Assembly (NCBI GenBank): GCA_964304625.1
Contig: OZ199839.1
Coordinates: 5,574,898-5,638,897, forward strand
Direction: 5' to 3'
Origin: Kudoa neothunni
Lineage: Eukaryota; Animalia; Cnidaria
DNA: 64,000 bases
Part shown: positions 52,101 to 64,000 of the stretch, in pieces
How the letters are laid out: each line of letters begins with the position of its first letter
Position numbering within the stretch: the first letter of the stretch is position 1
The notes under the pieces: model-generated
Told to the model about the DNA's origin: nothing
Databases searched by the model: none
What the model saw: the letters and a program-made list of their open reading frames with translations, nothing else
Made by a program: the position numbers and the translations under genes

Positions 52101-54548
52101 TTTTCTTTCTTTTAAGACCACGCTTCTAATGCCAGACATAGTTTTGGATCTTATATTAAATGGGTATGGTGGATTTTTGAATATTATCCATTTTTTTTTA
52201 ATTAAAAAAAATTAGTCACGAGACCGAAGCGACTAATTTAATTCAAAATCCTGTACTTTCGATTGAAAATGTGATACACAACCCTCGAGATACTGACGCA
52301 CAATGTGTTGGTTGATGATTACACTACCGAAAGTTTTTCTCCAGGTATTTGGATTTGTTAAGTTCGCCTCCGTTCTACCGATCGATTTAGAGGAGGTTAT
52401 TGAACTTGTGGTGAAATTTATCAAAAAATTCCCTGAATATCATGAGGTGTTTTGTTACTGTACAAGAAAAAATGAAATGAAGCTTTGGCCGAAATTATTT
52501 TCAGCTGTCGGTTCTCCTGGGAAACTTTTTGTGGTATAGTTTTCCTTATGTTTATTATAATAAAACTTCATTTATTTAGGAATGTGTCGAAAGACAAAAA
52601 TTTGCAGTAGCTTCTGCGTATTTGGTTGTTATCAACAATGTTGAGTCTGTTTGTGTGAATAAAAAGGTGATTTAATTTCATGGCATTTGTTCTATGTATA
52701 AATTTGTCTTTATTAGCTGTATAATTTGTTGTTGATGGAGCTAATGAATCACAAAAAAATGGAAAATATTGCGAGATGTTTTCAGCTACCTTAAAAACAC
52801 ATGTAAACCTAACTCTTGTATCCTCCTCTTGTTAACTACTTATTTAACTTAAAAGGTGAAAGTGCTGATTTTGCGACCAATGGAATGGTCGATTCCCCGA
52901 GATCTCGTTCTGCTAGTTATCATGTTTCTTCTAAGGCCAATACGCGATTTCCTCGTGATTCTAATTCTTCGTTGGGAATGAGTATCGATGAACTCTACTC
53001 CGAAAGCAAGCCTAAATTAGCTTTTCAGTAAGTTGTTTATTTTTAGTAATACAAATTTATTTCTCTGCATTTTCATACTTAAAATCCAATAATTTATTTT
53101 TCTTTAATCATATATATATATATATATATAAATATTCCATTTATTTTTTTATTTAAACATATTTTTCCTTGTTTAATAAATTTTAAAAAATGTATATACG
53201 GAAATAATTGTTTTTAATCAAAAAAAATTAAAACTAAATTCGCACGCTATGAATTTAATATTAATTTGAAATATCTATGTATACACATTGTTAATATATT
53301 AACAAACTTTTTTCTTGTCTGAAAGACTGTCTCCCTTATTAGTATTGTTTAGCCAAAGCTTTGACAATGGTGACAATATCTACGATGTAACAATAATTTA
53401 ACTTTTATGTGGAATTTTGAATTCGAAATTAGATCGATTTCATCCGTGAGATAATTATTCGCAAAGCTGATGGTTTCCTTAACAATGTTGACATTCTGAG
53501 TCTGTCCTACATGCTGCAAGCTTCCCACATAAACATAAAATCTTTTGTGTTAAAAAAAAGGTATTAATATTTAAGTAAGTGTCAGTGAATAAAACTTACT
53601 TTAGCGAAAAATTCGAAGAACTAGTATCCACTCCCGAGAAAACTTATGATACTTTTTCTAAACTTGTAGTGGTTTTTTCTGATTTTGTCCAGTACTATGA
53701 AATGAAACATCAAAACAAGAGTATTTTTTATTTTTAATTCAAATTTGATGGAGTTATATGCCTCTACAACTTTTGAGAAACATTGTTAATGGCTTGTTTT
53801 GATATGAGAAAATGTAGATATGATCAGTTCGATTGTCTCTGATAAAACCTACAAAAGTCAACTATCCCAAATTAAGTATATTTTCTGAGTCGAACATTGG
53901 TTGAATGGAATTTTCATTTAAGGGCGTTGCATGGCATCTTTTGTGAGTGCCAACTATTCAAATGGGCGACCTTGTTCACCAATACTCGATTATGAAAGCG
54001 TTGAGTTGTTGAAAAAAAATCTTTCTTCATTGCAAGAAGGCCTCGAAAATAGCTTCAATACACCTCAAGTTAGTTACACGGATGTGGCAGAAATTATTGT
54101 TGTTACAATTGATAAACTTTTACAAGTGGGAAACGTACTTTCATACAAGTAATTACGTGGTGAAATAATTCACCGTCTAATTTTCTCAATTTACTTATCT
54201 CATGTGTCGTTTAGGTCGCGTTTGTGGAATAACGCCTTAACGTTGAAAGTAAATTTTATACCCAAATGTTTGTCCTATCACACCAGCGTGTCTGAAGATT
54301 TGGATTCTACTGCGGCTTCTCAACCTGGCGGAGGTCTCCTAGCAACCAGCGCCAACTCAATCCCTATGTTTGAATTTGATGGTAACTCTGATAATCTGAA
54401 TTTTTCTAAGAAGAGTCTCTCTACCACTAATAATCCTCTCGTGTGCATTGATGAAAAAATCCATGCCGATGACAACTCTACAGCCTCCACATCAATCGAA
54501 GATCTCAACACTAGTCCAAAAAAGCTCTGGCACTGCATCAACTGCTGA
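46141..54548 (+). CDS. RIC1: RAB6A-GEF complex subunit RIC1, multi-exon, with multiple apparent single-base indels
   Basis: MLYPYG, VWKVDATMIVI, AVKILCWCPD...ALWTTFG, VPHP, LLLNISGNL and KFIKKFPEY...YCTRKNEMKLWPKLFSAVGSPGKLF (RIC1 domain), all colinear with animal RIC1. Confidence 0.88.
48449..48691. mobile_element. Degenerate piggyBac-type MITE in a RIC1 intron
   Basis: TTAA flanks and imperfect TIRs CACTTTGAGGACTACC and GGTTGCCCTCTAAGGG. Confidence 0.55.
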
Positions 54549-55296
54549 AGGTCTGAATGATGCGCAAGGGAGATGTAGAATTTCATAGATTTCTTACTTT
54601 ATTCGCTCCAATTTCAATTCTCTGCTACGTAGTTATTAGAGCTGTTGCGAAATTTTATTTGTATCCCAATTATTTTATATTTCATCATACATATTGAACT
54701 TTTGATTCAATCGTTCTCTCTTTTATTTATTATGCATTTTTATGAGGGTACAGATTAATTTATTTGATTGGATTTTAAAATAAGATTCTAAAAATTTTCA
54801 CAAATATAATTTCTACAAACAAATTAAAAATGGCTAATTTCAAATAATGTTTAGTCTGGCTTACTCTCCAATGCAAAAAATGAATACGGAAGGATGCTAA
54901 AAAATATTCCCGGAACTCACTAAATTAATAAAATTATGTATTTAAATACTAACATATCTATATCTAGATGTTAACGTAAATATTACATTTATTATCTTTT
55001 CTAATTATGCAAATATCTTTTAAAATAATCGAATATACGGACTTTTGAAATAATTTCACTCATAGAAAGTATATGGGATTCCACCAGAAAAGAAACTATT
55101 TAATAATGTATTTTTTAAAGAAAAAATATATTAGTAAATGCATGATTTTAACAATGCTAATTTTTCATGAAATGTTGAATGGAAAAAATCCGCTGCTAGC
55201 TAGTTTGTGAGCACATCCAATGCAATGCATTATACTCATTAGTAGAAAATTTTTGCTTGATACTAATATTCGAGAAACAATTATCTCATTTACATA

Positions 55297-55338
<42 letters not shown>

Positions 55339-56194
55339 AAATTCATTTGTTTTATTATCAATAACTATATACAATCCAACAGGGCTCGAACGTAATGGAG
55401 TAGCGCTACATACGAATTGTTTTTGAATTAATTAATTTATTTATATGGTAGCTAAGTGCATTTATTTTATTATAAATAGTAATTCAATCATTCAAATTTC
55501 TTGTAGCTTGAAAAAAGGAGCGATCACTTGCAAATCGGTTTCACTGTAAGATTGATAGTCGCAGTCGCACTAATGGTTAAACAGCAAGATGCAAATAGAA
55601 AATTTGACAATTCAATAAACGATTGATCAACCGATCAGAAAATTTAAATTTAATGATTGCGAGGAAAACGGGACCTAACATATTTTCAATAAGCATTAAG
55701 AAAATTTTTATCATTTAATGAGGGCTTCATATTGTGATTTTCAATAAAAAGGGAAGAAAAATTGGCAAGTCACGAAAAATGGGATGCGTTAAAAATTGTA
55801 ATGAGGAGACGAAGAAATAATTTCTTAATGAACATTAAGAAAACAATATATTAATTATACTATCCAAATTGATACTTAAGGTAGATAAAAATTTAAATTG
55901 CCACAAAATAGTTATTATATTATCTAAACTGAATATTTAAGAATGATCACAAAATAATAATTTTTTTAATTTTAACTGTTATAATAAAAAATATAGCAGT
56001 TTATTTGAGAAATAAATTAACATAATATTTGGAAACCTTTGACGGGGTGTGAATGCACAATACAAAATTATAAAGCAAAATGAAAATAATTAATAAAAAT
56101 AAGAGAGAGTAAACGATCAACCTACAAAAAATTCATCTAGTTGAATTCGGTTCCACTAGGAGGATTGTCACTATTGAGATCAAGCGAGATATGG

Positions 56195-59100
56195 TCAACG
56201 GTGGAAAGATGGTCCTGTGGTTTTTCTGGCATAGAAGTGGTTGAAATCGAGTCGTGTGATAAGTTGCGAAGCACAGGTTGAATAACTGGATTCTCCAATC
56301 ATCGAGTAAAGTATTTGAATGAGTAGATATTTTCGTTTGAGGAATTCCTGAAAAGTTATAGATCAACAGACATCAATTAGAAAATTGCATGTTTACATTT
56401 TCCAGTATGTTCCAAACATCAGGCACAATTTCAACCGTCTTATCAGTCTCTTTGGAGATAACGCTATTGGCGGCACAAATGCAAATTTTCAGCATTCCAC
56501 TAATAATCTCTCGAATCTGGTCACAAAAAATGAGCATCTATAATCCAAGCAATACATCAATCAACCTGCTCGTTTGTCTGAAAACACTCTTTAGCGATGT
56601 GATCCAGCAAATTGTTGGCTATAGTATTCATTTGAGGGAATTCGTTAGTATTTAGCATGGAATTTGAGAATTTTTCATATTTCTCCTCAATTACATCTAT
56701 CTAATTTAACGAAAATCGATTAGCGCAATAATAATTTGATAATTAATTAAATATTTATAATCGTCATAGGAACATTAAAAAATAGAAAATTAATTTTCTC
56801 AATACTTGAATGTAATATTGTAAACAATCCACGACAAATAACATTTGTCTAAAGACCATCCAGGAGCGGAGATGAGTGGTGGGGCGAGTTTTCAAGTAAA
56901 GATACCACGACTTTTTGAGTTGAATATGGGCTCGTTTAAGATTGAGCAAAAAAACGAAAATTTGATTTAACCTACGCATGCATATATATTTATATAAACT
57001 CCTGTATCCTCTATAAAATCAAGAATATCTAGTTGTGTGGATATTACCTATCAATGACATTCTCATCGAACACCAACGCAAAAGGCCAAGGAGGATTGTA
57101 ATCGATGCGAAAAGAATTAAAGTTTAAGACGCTATCCAATTTAGGTTGAATATTAGGGGTGGACTCATTATTAAGGGAAGCGCTAATTTTAAAGACGTCT
57201 AAATATTGGTTGCTATCAAGACCAACCTTAATAAAATTGATAATGTGATATCACTATTGAATTGAGTAATATAGATCACTTTATCCAAACATATTGAAAA
57301 AAGGTTGTTTATCTCTATATCGATTACATTCGAATAAAATCACAACCGACCGACCATATATACCGTAAAAACAGTTTCCCGTCCTTAATGATCGTTTAAG
57401 GTGTTTACTGTTGAGGCAATCCAAAAACATAACAAATAACTCGCCCCTCGCTAAAAAATACATATCTTTAATCATCTATATGATCGTGAATGTTTATGGA
57501 TTTGATCGACTCTACAAGATTACCAACAGTTGTTGGTTAACGTTGATATCTTGAAGAAATTTGACCCAAAATTTCTATTTTCAAATATTTTCAAATTAGG
57601 TTATTACAGTAAAATTAGACTATGTGATAATACTCCTGTTATTTGATTGGACATATCGACAATTATATTTTCAAATGGTGAAAAATCGTTCAACAAATCA
57701 CTCATTTCAAGTTGATTAAGTTGGTCATAGTAGGAGCTAGTGAACTGTCTTAATTCATTATCTACCACAACGATTATTATAGAAGACGCGTATATCACAG
57801 AATAAATCAATATATCAGTATATCAGTTACCAATAATATTATTGTTTGTCCTTTTGGATAGCAATCGAACAGAATATCCAATATAAAATATCTATTCGGT
57901 TAAATGGAATTATATATTACGATTATCAACCAAATAATAATTAATTTAGAGGAAAATAAAAATAATTCGTTTAAGCGTTTATTTTTGAAAAGTGGTAATG
58001 TAATTTGCGATTAGATGTCATTGAAGTACATTTGTTTTCTTCAAATATAACTAGAATGAAAAATATCTTTAACTTTTAACTTGGTCAGAAAAAATACTGA
58101 GCCTAATTCTTTCCAACATAATTAATTTCAAAAATCAGAATTTGTGATCATTAAAGTTTCAAAAATCTTAAAAAAGTTTGAAATCGGAAAAATACCAATA
58201 AGCAGTTTAGCTAAAATAAATCAAATCTCAAAAATATTAAAAAATAGTCTTTAAACATTAAAAATTGCTCTATTCTCAGATCAATATTGACCTAATAATG
58301 TTTCAAGAATATTGTTAAATTGATATAATTTATTAAATTAAACGTTAAGTAGATGCTAAAGACAAAATAAATCCTTTAGTTTAAATATGAGCGCGCATAC
58401 AAATACATGCAATCAAATTTTGTGTCTTTAATTTATATTTAGGATAAATTGAGAATGTTGATTACATTGTGAGTGGCATAATACAAATATGCAACTCTAT
58501 CTAGCTATGTAGATATGTAGCTGTGTAGCATAGAGAGCAATCAGACTCAATTAGAGAAATCACAACCGCGCATGCTTTGTTAACATTTCTTCGGATAATC
58601 GCAATAACAATCGAGTAAAATAAAAAACATTACTTACATAAGTGCGAAGTGGAATTAAAAATTATGATCTTTTTTGACTGCGCAATTAAAAGAAAAACCC
58701 ACCACCGCGTATAAAAATATTTATATCCACGTGATCATCGAAATCCTCTTTAAAGAAATACGCGCGCGCAATATAAAGCAATGTTGAAGTCGCGTGACAT
58801 TCTGAAATCGGATATTGTTCATTTCACCTGGTGTAAAACTGCAAAACGGCGTATATCCTAGCATCAATTATTAGAGCGAGAAATATTTGTATTTGATCAT
58901 GAAATATCAATTGACAATGTTTTAGGAATTTTTCGTAAAATAAACTCTCAAATGTGAAGAATTAAATTTATAGTTATACATTTAAACTAGTTATAATAGC
59001 TATTTATACGTGTGATGAATGAATTAACAAAATTTAAATAACGCGCACGCATATAGAAGAATTATGATACAATCGAGCAGACCACCTACTTTATCCGCCA

Positions 59101-60118
59101 ATTTCAAAGAAATAATTGCCTCGGGAACCGAACCCGTATTCACACAGAACGATTCATTGTCCTAAATAATCCTATAAACAACAACAACAACAACAAACCC
59201 ACCAACCTTCTTAACAATAAAATAACCACTCATGTAATCCTCAAATGAGCTATCGAGACACCAACGTATGGTTTGATTCATGAATATTTTTAAAATGTGT
59301 TTAAGCAAACTAAAAATATATTAAATCTCCATTCATACACAATAAATTACCATTTCATAACTTGGGTTAACTCAGCCACACCACAATAACATTGCTGACA
59401 AACCAGTGAAATCAAATGACATCCATTCAACTAAATTCCAGAAAAAGTATAACTCAATAAAATAAATATCGACACGATATTAATTACATCGGCATTAAAC
59501 CGATAAATAATAAGCTACTAGAGATAATAGTTTTTAATCTTATAATAATTAATCCTTTTTTATGCGAATTAAAATAAATCACTTCTCTATTGTTTATCAT
59601 ATCCATTATTTTCGAGAGAAATACAAACAACAATTGATACTAGAATTGAGATTCAAGCGGGAAACAAACAAATGAAATACTTTGCTAACACTGGTAGCAA
59701 TGAACGAATAACTTGGTTGGGCATGCTTGAATTTCTAAAATCTATGATTTAAAATTCAAATCAAATCAATCCACATTCTCTATGTAGATCAATTCTTGAT
59801 AGTAGCGCACTAGAATTTCATCTAATCCGTTAGCGAATGCCCTCACATACACAGAAACGCCCTCATTGTATGTGGTTTGATCAATAAAATTTTTTATTCG
59901 TCTAATATAACCCCCTATAAGACAAATGGTGGTCATTTGGCTTTTCTCACCAACCGATACACCATCCAAGTTATCTACTATCTAAGTCAAATCTTCGGTC
60001 AACACTCATTAACACAACGTTAACTTGTAGTGATATAACGTTTTTGATTTGGATTTTGAGTAAAAATCTCACTCTCAAACCCACAAAGGGCGTACAACAC
60101 CTCCTCTAATTCGAGCAT
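56195..60118 (-). CDS. TUBGCP4: Gamma-tubulin complex component 4, multi-exon
   Basis: MLELEEVLYALCG, VYVRAFANGLDEIL, LNGCHLI, IKDMYFLARGELF, YNPPWPFALVF, LFVVDCLQYYIQ/IDVIE and SQLITRLDFNHFY. Confidence 0.9.
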
Positions 60119-60873
60119 GCGCGTTGAATGAGAAAAGATTATTTAAGCCAATAGTTTTCAGTGGTGAAAGTACAAAACTGAAACAAATTGGTTTTTTAAA
60201 TCAATTCTCTCGATGCACAAAAATGATGCCTTTTTCACGCTAACGCATAACAAGAAGAAACGGGGTATTTTCCCATTCAAATTGATCGGATTTTAATTAG
60301 TCAATCGTATATATAAAACTGATCAAACGAGAAGGTGAAAATACACGAGAAAATTAAATTTAACAATGTAAACGTTATCAGTGAATCACCTCACGCTAGC
60401 GCGTATTTCTCGTTTGTCATCGGCATAATCCGACTTATGCATCGCGAAATATTTGAGTCTCATTTTCACGAAATATTTGCATTTAATTGAAATTTATCTT
60501 GTGCATATAATCGAATATTTATTTTGTATCGATATTAAACCTTAACAAATTTCTTGTTCTATATTACTTCTCATTTACGTGGTACTTATACAATTTCACA
60601 CTTTTTTAATAATACAAAAATTATTTATTGAAATTTTTAGGTGTAAAACAAAAAATATTGTGCTTCAAGTGAAGTCTTCTAATTAATGGATAAAAATATT
60701 CAAACTAAGAAATACAACTTCTTAATTTGCATAGATTTCATTGAAAAATTAACCCGCATTGAATCAACAGCAGTAGTATACTTAATTTAGTTCTTAAATT
60801 GTTAGTTGGTGTTAAAAGCTTCAAAAAAGTTATAAAAACAAAGTTTTAAATAATGCACAATTGGATGATAAAA

Positions 60874-61620
60874 TTAATTATTACAGTTGGAACAAAACGC
60901 AGTATATCTTTGATTTCTGTGCCGTGCATACACAAACTTTCGACAATGGAAACAATCCATATTAGTTTTTTTGTCTACGTTCCTAGGAACCAAAGCACAT
61001 CGTTTCCTACTTGGCTGTGGCAAACAATTCACTTCGGATGGCGAAGAATCATTCTTTTCATCAATAAATACGTCGATGCTGCCATATTTTATATAATGTG
61101 GCAAATTTTTACAATGACTCTGGCGCTGAAGAACATTCCTCTTTGCTAACTGAATGGAAAGTTCGCGCAAAAAGTACTGTTGCTTACTTCTACTGTTCTT
61201 TTTCCAACCGGGATATTTTTTACTCCATAGTATGTATGAATTTAAACAACATGCTATATCCAAAATATCCTAACGTAATGAATAATTCAAAGGTCTCTAA
61301 AATGGTGTTGAAATTTGCTGACTCTCCTAAAAATTCAGAAGATGGAGGAATCTTGTTATAGGAACGATCCTTTGTTTTTGTGCGAGGTTCTATACTCCAT
61401 TTAAAGCCAGATTGAGAAACTAACTCAAAATCGTGATTTTCTGTCACAAAAGAATAGCCCAAGTCCTCAGAAAAGTCTTCTTCTTCAACACCGCTATTAA
61501 TGTCCTCAAGAAAATCCTCAGTGGATGTATCATCTGACTCAGAAATTTCATATTCTGAAGTGTCATAACGGTCAGTGGAAGAGGAATCCTCAATATATTT
61601 CTCATATTCGTTGCTTATAA
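60874..61620 (-). mobile_element. piggyBac transposase deletion derivative: N-terminus joined to C-terminal Cys-rich domain
   Basis: Acidic N-terminus with SQSGFKWS and FELFIT, joined out of frame to DIACCLNSYILW...RKRCALVPR...CFHCRKFV...CSNC. The catalytic core is absent. Confidence 0.8.
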
Positions 61621-62569
61621 TTACAAAATAAGTACTTTATCAAATTAAATAAAAAAAGAAAATTTTTAACACAACCAATTACCTTATCAGAATTAGAATT
61701 AGAATAAAACTCGATCGAAATGAATTAACACGAGGGAGATTGGCAAACAGATGTCGGATTAACTTTCATAATTCCCCCAAAATATCACAGTGTAACTTTA
61801 AATTTGATTTCAACCCATGATATCTATACAAAAAGACATTTCCAATTAATATGAAAGGTTAATGTAGCTATGAAATAAAATAGGAGATGAGGTTGGCATT
61901 ATTTCTTAAAAAATATGTAAGACGTCATTTTAAAAGCGAAAACTATTTATTATAATTAAATAAAATTATATATAAAAATATTTAAATAGAAGCCTTTTAT
62001 CTTTATAGAGGAATTCAGGAAATTTTACAATCGAAAATTAAACGTGTTTGAAATTATAAACAAAATGGTTATTTTGGGGTCCCTGAGTGGTCCCGCTTCG
62101 GGCGGACGGGCAGGCAGGGTTAACTGTGTGCACCAATAACTTTTTAAGGGATAAAAAAATAGAAAAAAAAATAAAAGAGATAGAAAACTTATGAAAATTA
62201 ATCGATATTGCTAAAATTAGCAACGCTTGGTCCGGCATCAACATTAATACAGTTTTCCCAAACAAATAGCTAAAAATAGCGCCAATTTCAACGTAAATAA
62301 TTTAATTTAAATAATTGGGTGAAATAAAAGTACAACCATCTGCATTGAATTTAATGAAACCTATGGACTCAGAATTTCCATTATAACGCTTCAATCAATG
62401 TAACTTTAACGTTCTCCATAAATTCTTTATTCATTAAACGTATATAGATTTTTTATCACATTGAAAACCATTAATAGAACTTATAAAATATACTTATCAA
62501 GTCATATACGTTAAAACTCCACAAATAAGGAATGTATTTAAACAGACATCCAAATAGAAATTCCAACCT

Positions 62570-62596
62570 TATATATATATATATATATAAATATAG

Positions 62597-62627
<31 letters not shown>

Positions 62628-62664
62628 AATAGATAGATAAATAGATAAATAGATAGATAAATAG
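62570..62664. repeat. (TA)n plus (GATA/AATA)n microsatellite
   Basis: Direct inspection. Confidence 0.9.
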
Positions 62665-63719
62665 AAGCAGTTAATGAACATATGATGGAGCATATAAGGG
62701 AGATAGTAAACTTCAACCGACCATAATCATGAAAATCATGAAAATCATGAAATAAGCAAGTGCTAATCCTATAGTTGAACTCATGTAATCCGATAAACAA
62801 ACTTCAAATCGACAAAATCACTATTTCATAAATACTTTTTGGAAACTTTAGTAGTCCGAAAACAATTAAACTATTTTTGTAAATATCACAGATTTATAAA
62901 AATTTTATATATAACTCTCTATAAGGAAAAAAATTGTGTACTTAGGGGTAACACACGCACAAACACTACTACTTTATATAAATATATGTATAAAGGATTG
63001 TGAAATTATGTTAAAATAGCGAATACGTGAGTTACCACTCACAGCTTTTTAAAACATCCTTTATAAGATAGCGAAAAAAGGATTAACAATTAATATTTAT
63101 ATTTCGAAGGTATCTATCTTAGGTTGATTTTATTTTTTTTATCGTTTATAGACTAATAATAAATTTTATAACTAGAAGGATTGATTTGTATCGCAGAATT
63201 TTTAAAGAACTGAAAGTCCTATTTAATTTACTTAATGATTTTGTTAAATAAATAAATATATATTAATCCTTAACCAAATCGCTCATAAAATTAAAGTGAT
63301 TACATTTTTGGCCAATAATTTGTCAAAGAAACTCAAAAATACTCATTAATATCCTTAAAATAATAAATTTATTTTCGAATGGAAAGTACGCACACTATTT
63401 TGTTCATCACATTGTAAAAATAATGACAAGCTTTTAAATGCATCAATTATAATAGAGAAATAAAATCTCACATCCCGCAGTAATGAGTAATGCTGTGCAT
63501 TAACGTTAGTTTATGAAAAGTTGGCCGGCCATGTAGAAATAACTACACACAGACAAACAATTACGGTTGTTTGCGCTCTAACACACTGTAAACCTTGTGT
63601 TGATAAACAACACCGAAAGTCATTTAAAAAGCAGATCGAAAATAGAAAGATTTGATATAGACAGTACTTATCTCTAAAAAGAACTACGTACAGAAAAAAC
63701 AATTTTTATCGATAAAAAT

Positions 63720-63980
63720 TTATTTCAGATAGTCCAAAGTTTTTTGAGGTATTTTTTCCAAAAGAGGCTTATAGAGGGATTCACTCGTAGCAATTATTCC
63801 ATGGTTATTTTTGATTGGAGCATCACTGGAATAGTTGAAAAAATGACCGAAAAAATCGGTAACAATAAGAGGAGGATCCATCGATCGACAAACAGCATCA
63901 GTCGCACAAATATCCCACTTAGATGTGCCTTTACCAGGATAGACAAAGGCGTCCACATGTTTTTCCATCAGCTAACAACA
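63720..63980 (-). CDS. BPNT1: 3' exon of 3'(2'),5'-bisphosphate nucleotidase (inositol monophosphatase family); gene continues beyond the window
   Basis: AFVYPGKGTSKWDICA...VTDFFG..Y...NNHGIIAT matches the BPNT1-type C-terminus (KKWDTCA...LTDIHG...NSAGVLAT). IMPAD1 and INPP1 are not fully excluded. Confidence 0.72.
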
Positions 63981-64000
63981 AAAAATAGTCAATAAAATGG

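Noticed and set aside
55379-55415. tRNA-like or hAT-like CAGGGCTCGAAC segment
   Set aside because: No cloverleaf and no partner TIR.
31585-60118. Genome-wide stop-codon reassignment (TAA=Gln or TGA=Cys)
   Set aside because: COASY and BPNT1 end in TAA, PLD3 in TAG, and RIC1 and TUBGCP4 apparently in TGA. The polyQ tract uses only CAA/CAG, and internal stops are sporadic.
62070-62125. GC-rich patch ending GGGTTAA
   Set aside because: It looks like an isolated piggyBac-type end, but I found no partner.
62471-62800. Hydrophobic 109-aa ORF, and a similar one at 55165-55374
   Set aside because: These are translation artefacts of GATA and TA microsatellites.

Overview
This is an AT-rich eukaryotic window with short (~40-55 nt) GT-AG introns. 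The host genes are animal-like but highly divergent, which fits a compact-intron parasite such as a myxozoan (taxon is inference only). Bases 1-25.3 kb are a dense, multiply nested transposon graveyard: piggyBac, Ty3/gypsy, MULE, Merlin, pogo/Tigger, SPIN/Charlie-type hAT and Tc1/IS630-like elements, several with TIRs and TSDs still readable. Bases 26-64 kb hold host genes: a PLD3-like gene with an in-frame 88-codon Q/H/E repeat, a large unrecognised signal-peptide-bearing gene built from Cys-rich FN3-like modules (minus strand, with nonsense lesions), COASY, RIC1, TUBGCP4 and the 3' end of BPNT1. The most interesting items are the modular surface-protein gene, the polyQ PLD3, an in-frame TGA at a Cys-aligned position in COASY, a 77-bp duplication bracketing a MULE, and a four-level transposon nest. 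Several lesions may be assembly errors. All homology calls come from recalled family motifs, not database searches.
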